Assembly: GCF_036321535.1 (NCBI RefSeq)
Contig: NC_087436.1
Location: 40,240,001-40,304,000, forward strand
DNA: 64,000 nt
Direction: 5' to 3'
DNA from: Camelus dromedarius
Taxonomy: Eukaryota
This document shows, one piece after another, positions 25,780 to 39,062 of this stretch; the stretch's first letter is position 1, and each line of letters opens with the position of its first letter. The notes under the pieces were generated by a model. That model searched no databases. It had not been told where the DNA came from and saw nothing but the letters and a program-made list of their open reading frames with translations. Made by a program: the position numbers and the translations under genes.

Positions 25780-25953
25780 CAGAACTGTCCAATAGAACTT
25801 TTTGCAAGGATGGAAATTTTCTAGATCTGTTCTGTCCTGAGCTCTTGAAATAAAGCCAGTGTGACTAACAAAATAACTTAAATTTAATTTAATGCCACTT
25901 ATATGAATTTAAATATTGCATGCTGCTACTAGCTACTGTATTAGACAGCAGAG
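25780..25953 (+). mobile_element. MER3 (hAT-Charlie) relic
   Basis: 'ctgtccaatagaactttttgcaaggatggaaattttcta' and 'ctagctactgtattagacagca'. Confidence 0.85.
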
Positions 25954-26509
25954 ATCTAGAAATTTAATTTGGAAAAAGAAAAATAAGCTTTCTGAACTTG
26001 AAAATCAGTAAGAAATCCATCATACATGCCCCAGTAAGCTCTCAATGGAGAGAATTTGTAAGTCACACAAACAAGTCACAGGCTCTTAGACTATCTCAGA
26101 GATGCTAATAACAAGCAGACATATGATGGATGGACTTGGGTTTTAAGATATATTTTCGATGTATATGTTTGAAAACTAAAAATAGTTTTGAGATTAGAGC
26201 ATGTGCTAAAATAAATGAATGATGGACTAAAGAAAGGGAATGCAGTAAAATGCCAGAAAAAAGGAAGGAGACAGAAAATAAAACAATAAAAATGGTGAAG
26301 CAAAAACTAACTTGGTTGGATCTGTCAAAGATATCTGAGCACCATAACCGTAATGTCTTGTACTGAAAGGAGAAATACCATCTGGGCAGTAGAGTGATCA
26401 CTCAGGGTTGGAGAGAAAGCTATTGCAATAGCAGTGACAACTCTATTACAGCAGCTCACTTGAAGGATAACAGGGGTGGGAAGGCGAGCCCGTGCTGAGC
26501 AGCATTGCT

Positions 26510-26730
26510 GTATATAGCTGTCCAGGTTACAGCCTGCTCAAGATACCTGGATGAAGGCAAGTGAGGGCTGGAATTCAGCTGATCCTCCACTTATCAAGCG
26601 ATGAGACAGCATTTGTTGGAAGAAAACAATGCTATGATTTCTAAAATTTCACCCCAAAGCAGCCTCTTTTCTATACTTTTATGTAAGGGTCCTATTTTTG
26701 TATTCAGCCAACGGCATAGTGTGCATTTAA
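26510..26730. mobile_element. Possible hAT-Tip100-type relic
   Basis: 'agctgtccaggttacagcctgctcaag...gtgagggctggaattcagc' resembles ancient Tip100-type elements; heavily diverged. Confidence 0.35.
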
Positions 26731-26960
26731 GCAGAAGCTCCAAAACGAAGATTCCACAATTCACTGCGGAAGTAACATAAATGGAGGGTGGTATCTGACT
26801 GCATGCAAGGGACGAGGAGAGGAAAGAATGACAGGTGCAGTTTCACCGTCTACCTGATATGAACCGTCCCAGTTACATTCGTTTAAATAAAAAACAAAAC
26901 AAAGCAAAAAATAGAAAATAGGAGCAGCCTAGGCGTGAAAAAACTTACACCTACGATTTT
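26700..26960. promoter_or_regulatory. Candidate promoter/enhancer (CpG-retaining, ETS core)
   Basis: 9 CpGs in 26712-26955; CGGAAGT at 26767-26773. Confidence 0.35.
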
Positions 26961-27189
26961 AGTTTAATATCCATCTCTGCTTTCTTCTGTGGCTACTCCC
27001 TGGCTTAAGAAGCTTCAAGTTATAATTGTTCCATAAACATGGGACAATTCTGCCAGTGCTTTGGAAGCTGATTATTTTTCTTCCATTTGTATGTACAAAG
27101 AGTTATATTTATTCTCTTTTTCATGACTAGACATAAGATAAGAATAATTACCATGATTCACAACTAAAAAGATAATTCTCTCGAGTGTA

Positions 27190-27760
27190 TTACATTTGAC
27201 AAACACTTAAATACTATTTTATAAAAGGCATCCTGCTATCTTTTGTAGACCATAAAAGCTCTCAATATAGTATTAATAAATGTGTATAATAAAAATTAAA
27301 TATAATCATTATTTAAAAAGTTAAAGTAAATGAATTGACACAGGAAAGATGGACACACTCATCCTATAGACTTCAAGGAGAAAGAGAATAATTTAGGGAA
27401 AACTTTGAGAAGGAAGTAATATTTGAGGTAAGTATTGAAAAATCATCAGGACTGATTTTGATTGCTTGACGTGAGTGGATTTTCAGTCTCAGGAGAGGTA
27501 TGAGCTAAATGCATGGACGCAAAACAAAAAGTATGGTTTTAGGGAAATGTATTAGCCCTGTTTGACTGGACAATAGGAGAGAGAGAGAACACAGGAGGAG
27601 AAGAGGCAGACAAGGCCGAAAAGATACGTTGTCTCACTGTCATAAAGGGCCTTGAACTGAAAAAAGAGAAGATTGTTATTATTCAATCAGCAATGTGACA
27701 TCATGAAGTCTGATCAAAACGGTGCTTTGGGACAGAGCATCAGAAATGTTGTGTGGTCAC
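27190..27760 (-). mobile_element. L2 relic
   Basis: 'agggaaaactttgagaaggaagtaatatttgag', 'gtcataaagggccttgaa'. Confidence 0.6.
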
Positions 27761-30196
27761 TGGCCAAAGGTGGGTAAAAAAAGACTGAAGAAATAAGGGG
27801 AACTTTGTATGTACCATATGAGAATTAAGTTTCATATATGGAATAAACATTTGTTTACACAGAGAAATCTAAAAGGTAAATTTAGAAGCTATCTGCATGG
27901 ATTTACAGTCCATTATACAGAAACAAACCCATTGAAATGGATTTGATAATGGAGGCATTCTTTTCGTTTGTTTCTTTATTCGATTAAACTATTTGAGAAA
28001 CTACCACAAACCAGAAATACAAAGATAAGAGCCTGTGACACCACGGGAAAAGCTTGTAAGTGCAGGAGGGATTACTAGCCTGCTGCGGTTCCACATGACT
28101 TATGTTTGCTTTTAATACATATTCATGAAAAGTCAAAATTGAAATTATTGATACTATTTACAAAGGCAAATTAAAATTAAAATTTCTTAAAGTTACTATG
28201 TATTATGTTCCTCAAAACCTAAAAAGTGTTCATTTGGACTTACCTTGAATCTTCTTAGTATTTTCAAAGAATTTCTAGGGTAAAATGCAACTCTAAATTT
28301 GAAAATATAACTCATAGAGTGATATTGTATTTCATTTCACTTTCATAATCCAAGGACTGCCTTAGTGACTTTAGAATTTCACAGGAGAATGGAACTCTAT
28401 TAGCAAATATATAACAGTAGAGGGTACCAGTAATTAGTTTCTATTTATATTTCTCTGTTTATATAAAAGGGAATTTTAAAGATATGTGCAATTGGTCTGA
28501 ATTCATATTTTTTGTAGTTTTACATTCTTTTAGTTCATCTTCGGAAAATTGAATTTATCAAGTATAAAAATATTATCTATTGGTCATTTCCATGATCAAA
28601 AATATTCGCAAGCTTTCACATTATAATGTCTCTTTCACATAAAACTATGCAGAAAGAGAAGAGAAAAAGTTGATACAGCTCTCTCCACTCTCTCTCTCTG
28701 TCCTTCTTTTAACATGATAGCAGCATGAAATAAGAGCAAAGTTTGAAGCTATTTTTCTTTAAAGAAATCACCTATTACACAGATTTTGAATTAAAGTTCA
28801 CTTTAGCTAATAATGTGATTGTGTTCTAATTTTTGTTTTAAAAGAGATTGTCTTATCTAAATGTAATACCAATCTCAATGGTTGCTCATTTGCCACTTTT
28901 AACTAAGCATTCAAGGACTTGAGATAAATTGCAAATTGTCCGGCTTCTTCATAGCATTTATAAGCTGACAGTCAAAAAAATATTTTCACAAATGTCAACA
29001 AAAATACACTGAAAAAATACGTTTTCCAAACAATAAATTTTGGAGGTTGTTTTTCCACATTAATTTTAAATTGCTGGCAATCTTAGTTCACATTAACATT
29101 ATTTGAATATCAACTAACACTGGAAATCTAATATTCTGTATTTTACCTATTGAAAGATTACAAATTGAAAATTGTAAGTTGATAATAAAGAATGTGTCAG
29201 AACTCTATACATCCTTAAAAAATACTTGATCTTGTATTACACATGGGTAATGTCTAATGTTTAGATTGAGAATATATATTGATAAAATTAAAGGATCTTA
29301 TTTAATAATCTGTCAAAGTAAGCTTGTTAAACCTGTGAAGAGAAGAAAACTAGCTAGTCTATTGTCAAGTTGAATAATGGATGCTTAACAGCTTATTATT
29401 CATGTTATTGATCATTTTTGAGGGTGACGCTGTTAATGATGTTCAATTTCTTGCATGCATCAATCACAGAAAAATGCTGCTAATGATCTCGGCTGACTGG
29501 AGCACCACAGCCAGTGATTCACCAGTGAATGTCTGAAGCCACTATGAATCTCATGTCTGCTGTCTGCTGTCAGCCTGCACAGCGGTCTGCCACTGCCAGA
29601 GGACAAGAAGTGGCTCTTTCCTTCATGCCTTCCAAATCTTGTGTGAGTGTCTCTCCTCAACAGCACCCTAACTGGAAACCAGCTGGCAGGGTGTTCTGGC
29701 AAGTATCGTTCAGCACACTTTTCCAGGGTAAGTAATGCAAAATGCAGAAAAGGTGAGAATGGTGTTGGAATGACAAGAAATCATCTGCTCACTGGTTGTG
29801 ACAAAATGGAAGAACAGACAATAAGAGGCAGTTGACTTTCATCCTGATGATCACATTTAGGAGAAATACTTAAATGCTAACTAACTTAACCAAATCACGT
29901 AAACATGAAATCTGAGATGTCACTGGAAAAATGTGGAATCCTAAGGACATGGAGGTTGAGTTTCTAGCAGAGTTGTTAAAAATGTGCTGGAGGTGAAGCA
30001 TCCTGCTCCCCCAGCTCCACCCCTCTGACCCATTTCCACACTTGCAGCTTTTTTTTAACACTGTTTTCATTTTGAGGGTAAGTTGTGACTAGCATGAAAA
30101 CAAGTCTTAAACAGCTGTAAGGAAGAGAAAATTATAATAAAGAATAGGCAAATGATTATACATCAGAAGAACTATACAAGAAATCAAAGGTGTACA

Positions 30197-30709
30197 CATT
30201 ACCAAGTCCAAGCTGGTACTGGTCAGTGAAGGACCAGCCAATAAATCAAGAGTAGTCGGGGCAAGAAATAGTGACTTTATTCAGAAAGCCAGCAGGCCAA
30301 GAAGATGGTGGACTAGTGTTCCAAAGAACTATTTTAACCTGAGTTAGAACTCAGGCTTCTTTTATACTAAAAGGGGGAGGGGTATGGCTGGTTGTTGGAA
30401 ACTTTTTGGTGCTGGAATCTTCTGTTCATGTAACTGTCCATATAAGTCTGTACAAAATGTTCCTAAAAACCTCTAACAAGACAAATGTTATTCTCTGTTC
30501 TGCAACTTTTTATCTCTGTATGAGTGGGAAAGTGTTATATCTTTAAAGGCCAGAGCTTTGAGAATGGGCTATCCCGTGTATTTTAGGCTATAGGCAACAT
30601 TCTTTTACAAAAGGGGCAGAGCCAGCATGACTAAGCACAAGCAACAGGGCACAGGGTTAGAGCTAAAGGAACAAATTCAATATGGAGTCTGGCTTGCTCT
30701 TCTGTTACA
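30197..30709 (-). mobile_element. Solo LTR, class I ERV (ERV1)
   Basis: Exact 4-bp TSD taca (30193-30196 / 30710-30713). The minus strand begins TGTAAC and carries TATAAAA followed by AATAAA. Confidence 0.9.
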
Positions 30710-31549
30710 TACATAGAGATAACATCAATTGTTTAAGATAAAATAAATATCATACAATCTGTTATTACAGAGAATCCAGACTCAGTTGTATGCGCAACAA
30801 CATTGACTTAAGAGGGATTCAAGGAAACCTGTCAGTGAAGGATGTGGGTCCATCTAGAGGCAGGGGTGTCAATGGTGAGGCAGCAGTACCTGTGTCACCA
30901 TCTTCTCTAGCATAGCATGGGTTTGAGTATGGGGGAATTAGTTTCCCTTGGTTCTTTCTCAATTTTTAAGCAAGGTAGTTAAATCTTCCTTCTGATTGTG
31001 AGTCATCCATTTTGCTCTCCAGGAGTTTCATTTTCTTCAATAAGTTAAAGAAACCTCAGTAGCTTTCTGGCTAATATCAATATTGGACCTCTGGAGTGAA
31101 TTTCAAGCCAGAGGATCTGAGGGAAAAGGGTTAATTTGAAATGGGTTATCAGCACATTTGGGGCTGATGGCAGTGCAAATTCACTGTATTAAGAGTAAAG
31201 AATATGGCAATTCATGATATGCAGTGATAACACATCTCATTACATATATATATATATAAATACCTAGAATGAAGGGCCCTTTCTTTGAAAGGAAGTTCTC
31301 TAGGGAACTGAGAGCTATTGGTGTTTGTTTGACTAGCAAAAAGAGAGTGAGGAACTCTTTTTGTGTTGCTAAACTAGGAGAGAGAAGTGATCTTTGGAAG
31401 ATTAGCTCAGAACAGGAGAGAGCAGAAGTCACCATTACTGAGAGGTGAGGTCTATTTCCATATTCCACGCTTGTGAGAAATTCTCACCTCTAGAGAGCAG
31501 AGTACAGTAAAATATATCTTAACCTGGAGTCTCTTAAGGAAGATTTTTT

Positions 31550-31840
31550 TTTTCAAGCTATAGGAGTCACCTATTTTTATTAGTAGGTTGTGAAATCAGT
31601 TTAGTCAGTTTCAATAGAATTTTTTGTGAAGTAAAATAGAATGAAGCAAAAATAAACACATATGACTGTACATCATGTATTAAAAGGAGGAAAAACATTA
31701 CATTTTGAAACTTCAGTTTCAGTTACATTTGTACATGATGTGAGTACTTGTGAGAACATTTGTGCTTGCCTGTATTGGGTTGTGATGAAAGATGTGTTTC
31801 TAGCAGCAGATCTTGGTAAAAAGAAAAAAAAAATATTTAA
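31550..31840. mobile_element. Charlie4-like hAT relic
   Basis: 'attagtaggttgtgaaatcagtttagt', 'gaaacttcagtttcagtta', 'tattgggttgtgatgaaagatgtgtttct'. Confidence 0.7.
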
Positions 31841-32450
31841 AATTATCTTCCTAATGGAGCAGGATAAGGTAGAGGTAATATGGAGTCATGAGATTTTTTT
31901 TTAACATTGCTGTTAAGGTATCTACCTAAGAGTATTGCTTGCTTGTCATAAATTTTTTAAATAGATTTTTTCTTCATGAGATAAAAAGTTGAATTTGGAC
32001 TACATCATGAGATGTTTCTCTAGGACAGGAGAGTGAGTGAGGAGAATTCAAACGTGACATAGTTCAGGAAAGTCAACTGACAGGAAAACCATCTGACAGA
32101 AATTTGCTCTTTGTGAGTGATCATGTACACCTTATAGTCTAAAATGTTATCCATGAAAAGAAAAATGATATTAGAGAATAACTATAAATCCCAAGCAATC
32201 AGAAAAATTATATGTATATATATATAAAATGTGTGACACATATATATATATATATTTGGCCCTATAATAGATTATACAATATTATAATTATCATGATATG
32301 TACATTATTTATAAGCCTTCATTGGGGAATGTGAAACAGTATATAGACTTTTTGATTATAATATTATGAGACAATATTGTTACTAAAGATTGTTCACTTA
32401 GGCTACAAAAAAAATTCCTAAAATGTTTCTAAAAATGAATTATAGCATTC

Positions 32451-33046
32451 TGTACTAGGCAGGATGGTCCCTCAAAGATCTCCATGCAATCCCTGCGCCG
32501 TTTGAGTATAATATGTTAAAAGGCAAAAGGAGCTTGTAATTAGAGTTATTTGCATTAAAATTGAGAGATTTCCTGAACTATCAAAGATGGTCCAATCTGA
32601 TCACATAAACCCTGAAAAGTAGAGAACTTTCTCTAGCTGGAAGCAGAAGAGATGTGAAGGAGAAGTCAGAGGTGAGAAGCCTCAGACACACTCACACCAT
32701 TGCTGGTTTGAAGATGGGGGTGCAATGTGAGGAGGAAAGCAGGGGGCCTAAAATAGCTGAGAGAGGCTGCCAGTCAGCAAGGAGAAGAGACTTCAGCACT
32801 AGCACCCCAGGGATCTGACTTCTGCCTCCAGCTAAAGGAGCCTGGAAGGGAAGTCTCCCGAGGCCTCCAGGGAAGAGCCCAAGCCAAGGAGACTTTGACT
32901 TCAGCCTTGTGAGAACCCAAGTGGAGGAATCAGCTGCACTCTCCCAGAATTCTAACATACATAATTGTGAGACAATCCATTTGTGCGGTTTTAAACTGTT
33001 GAGATTGTGGTAATTTGTGATAGCAACAATGGAAAATGTATGTACA
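32451..33046 (+). mobile_element. MaLR LTR (MLT1E-like), near full length
   Basis: 'ccaatctgatcacataaaccctgaaaagtagagaactttctctagctgg', 'cagccttgtgagaacc', 'gtggtaatttgtgatagcaacaatggaaaa'. Confidence 0.9.
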
Positions 33047-35399
33047 CTCAGAACTTAAATGTTTATCCTTCATATGCTAGAGTGATTGCAGAACTACACA
33101 GTGACGACTATTCCACGAACATAAATATTGTTATGATTACACGTTTTCCATGTCTACAGTGCTCCAAAAGTAACCTAGACTTTGCATCAAGGAATCAATG
33201 GTGTGAGAGGGAAATGCTAAGACTAACACTTTCTGCTTACAATTCTAATAGGATGAATAGTTAAAAACTTACTTTTTGGTGATTTCTCCGTTGGATGAGT
33301 TTGTGAAATTTGTTCCATTTTTAAAAATGTTCAATCTGGAAAAGCTGATTTTTTAAAAAAATTAATTATACAGATATTTGGCAATGCTGGGCTAGCATGA
33401 AAGAAAAGATCATCTACAATGAAGAAAGAGCACACAAAGTTGTTTCTTCTGAGACAGTCGGCTTGAGGTTACATAAGATAATAAGAGCGACGATGAAACA
33501 TTGGAGGTGATTTTTGTTAAACATGTACTTTGACCTTAACATTTTTAATACCATGCTCTCTAAGAAATAGATAAATATATATATCTTATTTTCTGGCTTA
33601 GTTAACTTTCTTTTTCCCCCGTATGTAGTATTTCTTTTTCTTCTTCAAAGTGCTTAAAATTAGAGAATGAGCATTTAATGAGATAACTAACAAATGAGTG
33701 CGTATTTCTTACATGAAAACTAAACATTATGACAGATTTTAACTTTTATTCATGTTCTCATTTGACACAAGCACAGAAATAACCTTATGTGTGTCCTCTG
33801 AGTTCTGAAGCCATCGGGTTTGCTGTGGTCTATCTTGTTCAGCATTCCACCTTTCTTTTGTCCTTATAGAAAGGAGGCTATACACATACATACAGAGGCT
33901 AAATCATCATTTTCGGAAAAGGAGCAATGTCCTCTAGATTTCATGAAAGAAAAAGGTGAGATTTGGATACAGGGCTCCACAGGGGAGAAGCAGACCCTTA
34001 GGAGCAGGGAGGAAGACATTGTAAGAGGTTGCGAGTGTGGATAAGGTTACCTGAGCCTAGTGGCGCCTCCAGCCTTGCATCCCAGGCTTTGAGGCAGGAT
34101 TGAAATATTTGCATCATTTTTAATACGAATCAGAAATTCCAGTTAGAGAAACAGGTCAAACTAATTTGAGAAAATTAAAAAGTGTTTTGCATTCTACCCA
34201 TGCTAAGCTGCTGGCTATAGCCCTATGATTCAGAAAAAAATTCCTTTAAATTGTTAGTGAATTGAAACTAGATCTAGGATTCTTTAAAAATATCCTAAGA
34301 GAATTGAAATAAATGAATAATCATTTTTAGTTCTGTGATTCTTTTGGACAATGTTTGCCAACATAATTTTAATTCACATGATTTATTTAATGTGCTTTCC
34401 TTCTTATTTAGTAGGAGACTTATTTTTGCCCCTTATGTATTCCTTATTTCTTGCTCCCATATTTAAATTATCTGGCTTCTAGTGTATTAATATTTTAGAG
34501 CTAATTAATGCATGCAAGTAATATGAATATAATGATAAATGTCATATGCATTTGTTTCATATACAGTTTGGAGCATTTTGATACATCTTTTATCTTTAGA
34601 ATGTTTGCTATATTCAAGTAATAAATTTTTCTCTTTCTAAAGTCAGAATTAAAAAATCAAAAGATTCAAATGCAATGCTTGCTTGTAAACTATTTATAAA
34701 CATGATAAGAAACGGATAACAAAAAGAATAGCATGATTATCATAACCAATAAGTTATGTATACTCTAAGCCACTCTGCTGAATGACTAAGAGAGAAAAAA
34801 AAATGATTTCTTTTATCATAATGTGTTACTAAAGATAACGCTGTCATAAAGATAAAAACTGAAATCACACGGTCACAATGTCAAGAAATGACTTTGTCTT
34901 AACCCACAAACATTGCTTTTTGCACGCTGATACTCACAGGACTAGGGTCAGTACATGAATGTATCTTCCTTTCTCTGGTCATCTGGCAGGAAGGCAGGCT
35001 TGGGGCCAGAGCTCAGATGAGTTGAAGGCACTGGGAGGATTTGCTCCTGGTAAGGGATCTCATTCTCAGTGCTCCCATTTTTATGAGGTGAGATTGGGAG
35101 TGACCCTGCGGGTAAAGAACAAATTGTTTTATCAGCTCCAGCTGTTTACAGAGATGCCATAAACCAGTTTCTAAGAAGAAGCTGTGGATTTTGTGGAAAC
35201 CTTCCCTTTAGTTTTAAGAGAGCTCAGGGTAGCAGCTCTTCATGGGGTGGAAGCATTAATTCCGATATCTATATTTGTCAGGCAATCCGGAGACAACTCC
35301 CTGAAACATTCACTGTGTGCAGTCCTACCTGTGTCCATACTTAGCATGATAAAAGTTTACTTTTTGCTTCACAGAAAGGTCAACCAACAGGGACAAAGG

Positions 35400-35668
35400 T
35401 GTATGGAAGTTTTGACATATTCTACCTGTGGTTTTCTTTACAGGCTGGATATTGACATCTACTTGGAAAATAAAAGAAAAGATAGAGAAAAGGTTTACAC
35501 AAGAGGTTTTTTAGGCAAAATGACTCAAAGTGTAGCACATCACTTCCACCTACTTTTCATTGGCTAGACCTTACTCATGTGCTTACACTTAACAGCAAGG
35601 AAGATACAACTAGTTCCCCTAAGAAAAGGGACATGGGTTCAGTGAATAGCTGGATGGTTTCTACCACA
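35400..35668 (-). mobile_element. Old MaLR LTR fragment (MLT1K/L-like)
   Basis: 'cacatcacttccacctacttttcattggctagacctt', ending 'ttctaccaca'. Confidence 0.65.
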
Positions 35669-36294
35669 AGAAAAGTCAGATAATCCATTGCAAATTTGTT
35701 TTACTTTCTTTTCAGATTATTCTCATTTCAAATTGGTTGTTGTTGAGACATTTCTTTGAAGCACAGTAATAGTATCGCACTCACTCAACATAATTTCTTT
35801 ATCACAAATGTTAGAAACTGGTAAGTATGGATGATAATGTTACTTGTTGTAAAGAGGTGTTTTGCACATACACAATTGTACTTGCACATGGTGTCCTCTG
35901 AAAATGAAATGCTTAATGCAAGATCTTTTTATCTGAAGATTTACTGAAGATTGGCATTTCTAGTTAAATTCAAATTATGGAATACTTTGTAAAATTATCT
36001 TCAAAATCCACATCAGTATAAAAAACAAATTTCAGTTGATTATATGCTGGGATACATCTCACCTTAGGTCTACTCTATGTAAGTAATGACACAAAAATTT
36101 ATTTTACAGCTTGAAACTTTTCAAAAAGATTTTTGTTTCTAAACATGTAAAAGGTTTGAAACAATGAAAATCATGCTGTGATTTTTAAAAAATAATTCTA
36201 CCTAACTAAAACAACAAGAATACAATTTAAGGAGAAAAAAACAATGAGAAAATTTTTAACAACTATTAATAACATATAAGAAATCAAGAAATAA

Positions 36295-37223
36295 GTCCAT
36301 CTGTGCTTGCTTTTTATGTATTAAGTATAGTAGCTACATCTCCCAGTCTTGAAAGAGTGGCCTTTTAAAGAAGGTGTCCTTTGGAGCCTAATGACACAAT
36401 CCCAGTTACCAGAGCCAGATGCTCCAGGGATATCCCCTGTGTGGGCTGTGTGTGCCCTCCTGTTGTGGCTGGTGGGTGGGGCTGGAGTTGCTTTGGAGGA
36501 ATTGGACAGGATAAGAAGGTTGGGTGGGGCTGGTCCTCAGGAGAATGGCAGATCAGGGGACACAGTGTTAGCTAGGTTGATGGAGAGTGACACAAATGGC
36601 ATCTGCCAGTGCAGGGCCAACTAAGTGGAAGGAGAGGTTAAAAAAAAGGAAAAAGAAAGAAAGAAAAGGAAAAGAAAATGGTGCCCACCAATGCTCCTGT
36701 CCCCAGAGGAAGTTCCACTAGATGCTTGTCTCTCTAACACATGCCCTAAAATGTTAATGACTCTCATTCTTCTGTGACCCAGGTGTTTTTCATGCTGCTG
36801 CCTCTGCCCTGGGACTTGGAATGAGTTGTGTATGAGCCCTTTAAGAGTGGAGTCTTGGTTTCTCACAGCCTTCTGGCTTTCCTGGACTTACGCTCCACTG
36901 GTTTCCACAGCCAGCCTTAGTGGGGTCTGTCTTCCTGGTGCAGGTCTCCCAGGCTGGGGAGCCTGCCTTAGGGCTCAGACCTCTCGCTCCTTGGGAAGGG
37001 CCTCCTGCTTGTGGGTTGCTGCACCACGGATGTGTGTTCTGACTAGATCAGCTCTGTTCCGCCCACCCATCTCAATGTTGCCTTTTCTTTTTGTCTTTAG
37101 TTGTAAAAAAATCTGTTCTGTTAGTCTTCAGGTCATTCTTGGAGACAGTTGTTCCATATGTAGTTGTGGTTTCTGTGTGTCCCTGAGAGGAGGTAAGTCC
37201 AGGAAAGCCCTACACCACCTTTG
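36295..37223 (-). mobile_element. L1 5' UTR fragment, ending around the expected ORF1 start
   Basis: GC-richer block with 'ctcccagtcttgaaagagtggcc', 'agtcttcaggtcattctt...tgtagttgtggtttctgtgtgtccctgagaggaggtaagt', typical of antisense laurasiatherian L1 5' UTRs. Confidence 0.75.
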
Positions 37224-37610
37224 ATAATTAACTTTGTAGACAAAACAATAACAATGTTATGTAGAGTTTATAATACAAAAATATGAAATGTATGACAACA
37301 ATAGTACCAAAGCCAGGAGGAAAAAAATGGCAGTATTCTGTTCTATTGGTCTTATAGTAGACGTGAAATGGCATAACATCACTTGAAGTCAGACTTTGAA
37401 AATTTAAGAATGTATATCACAGCCCTAGGAAAGCTACTAGTGAGATAAAGTGATGTAACTAGTAAGCCACAAGGAATATAGAAAAGAGAAATTTAAAAGT
37501 GAATTACCCAAAATAAGGCAGAAAAGAGAGAAAAACAGGGAAAAGAATGAAGAAAATAGAAACAAAGGTGATATAATTAAAACTAAATGTATCAAATATC
37601 ACAAAGAATT
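37224..37610 (+). mobile_element. Old L1 inter-ORF region relic
   Basis: 'aatgtatgacaacaatagtaccaaag...gtgaaatggcataacatcacttgaag'. Confidence 0.75.
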
Positions 37611-38718
37611 GCCTTCAAATCAGAACTGCATTTGATGATGTACCATTTTTCTAAACCTTTAAAAAGGGACTAAGAATCAAAACTTTCCGTAAGTTCCAGG
37701 ACACCTGGAGTTCATTCTTTATCTGATTTACTTTCCTCTATTCTCATTCATCATGTAACTTTCCACATCTACTTGGAAAACTGCCCAGTTGAGAATAAGC
37801 CGCCACCTGGCACACATTTGCGTATTGTCATCATTATTTCACACTATGGTGGGTAAATTATGTCTGCATATTTTGCATATTCTTCTACCATACTTTTGTT
37901 TTTGTACCAAATCTAGTACCTGAAATATGTCTTGATGTCAAGGAATGTGTTATTCAAGTTCCATATTTATAACAGAATGTCACTATCAGTATCATTGCTC
38001 TTAATCTAGAATATTCTAGAATGAGATGTGTGCAGAATATGATACACATATAATTGGATCTTGGTCCTTTGTTTCTCTAATGAATTTGATTTTATTCTCT
38101 ATTTAATTCTTAATATAAATTTAAAATAGAATCATTTATAACTTCATAAATGTGAACAGTAAATATTTGCATAAAAATGAAATTATTCTTGGCCTCATCC
38201 CATGTTATTTCTTTTATGTTGCATGCAGTTTTCCTCATATTACATTTTATTGATTGTCTGTTAAATATTTCCAATTGTCAGAAAGTTTTTATTTACCCTT
38301 ACTTTGGCATTACATATGGCTGAAAACAAATGGTTCTCTACAGCTGGAGAGGACTCCAATTTCTGAAGGGGCTGCATTGATGCTGGTCTTGTAAATGTGA
38401 GGTTCATTATATCAGGAAATAAAAAAAATCCATCTGCCCATGTTAATTATCTCCCTTAATAATACATTAAGTACTAATAAAACAATCTTAAAATATTTTC
38501 TGATACAAAAAGCATACATATAGTGTTTCTAAAAATAGCTCAGATTTGAATGAAGAACCAATCAAAATAAATCTTTGAGTTAATCAAAATATTTTAAAAG
38601 TTTTTCCCTTTTTAGTTTGAAAGTTCTATGTTAAAGTTTAAACAGAAATGTCAATATAAAATAATAAAGATTTAAGAATGCTTTTTTATTTTTAAATGTT
38701 TTATAGGGGTTTTTTTTG

Positions 38719-38791
38719 GTATTATATAAATTTTGTAGATCCCTAAGGGAAAAACAGTGTAAGTATTATATCAATTTTGTAGATTCCTAAG
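38719..38791. repeat. 29-bp direct repeat (27/29 identical) with a 15-bp spacer
   Basis: gtattatataaattttgtagatccctaag (38719-38747) and gtattatatcaattttgtagattcctaag (38763-38791). Confidence 0.9.
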
Positions 38792-38894
38792 AATTTTTTT
38801 TTTAATCACTGACTGTTGGTGAATCATACTACCTTGTGTACATGAGGATAGGGAGTACAGGCTCAGGAAGATGAAGTGATTCACACAGAGTGCT

Positions 38895-39062
38895 AGTTGT
38901 CAAGCTGCTTCACAATTGTCTGGGGGAACTTGCCACAAAATAGAAGTCTCAGTCCCACTCCAGTCCTACTAAATCATAATCTTTGACAACGAGGTCCAGC
39001 ACCTGTAATTTTAACTGGCTTCCCAGGCAATTCTAAATTGTTCATACTGCATCACTGGCCTA
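38895..39062. mobile_element. MER5A-like relic (next to a minus-strand MIR fragment at ~38810-38895)
   Basis: 'cccactccagtcctactaaatcataatct...cacctgtaattttaactggcttcccaggcaattct'. Confidence 0.7.

Noticed and set aside
28244..28292. Minus-strand micro-exon with a CAAG|gtaagt donor
   Set aside because: Weak acceptor, 49 nt, unrecognised peptide and no partner exons identified.
36349..37224. GC-richer ORF cluster suggesting a gene or CpG island
   Set aside because: It lies wholly within an L1 5' UTR relic and is CpG-depleted.
38719..38791. Repeat-spacer-repeat resembling CRISPR
   Set aside because: Only two units, a 15-bp spacer, no cas genes, and the DNA is mammalian.
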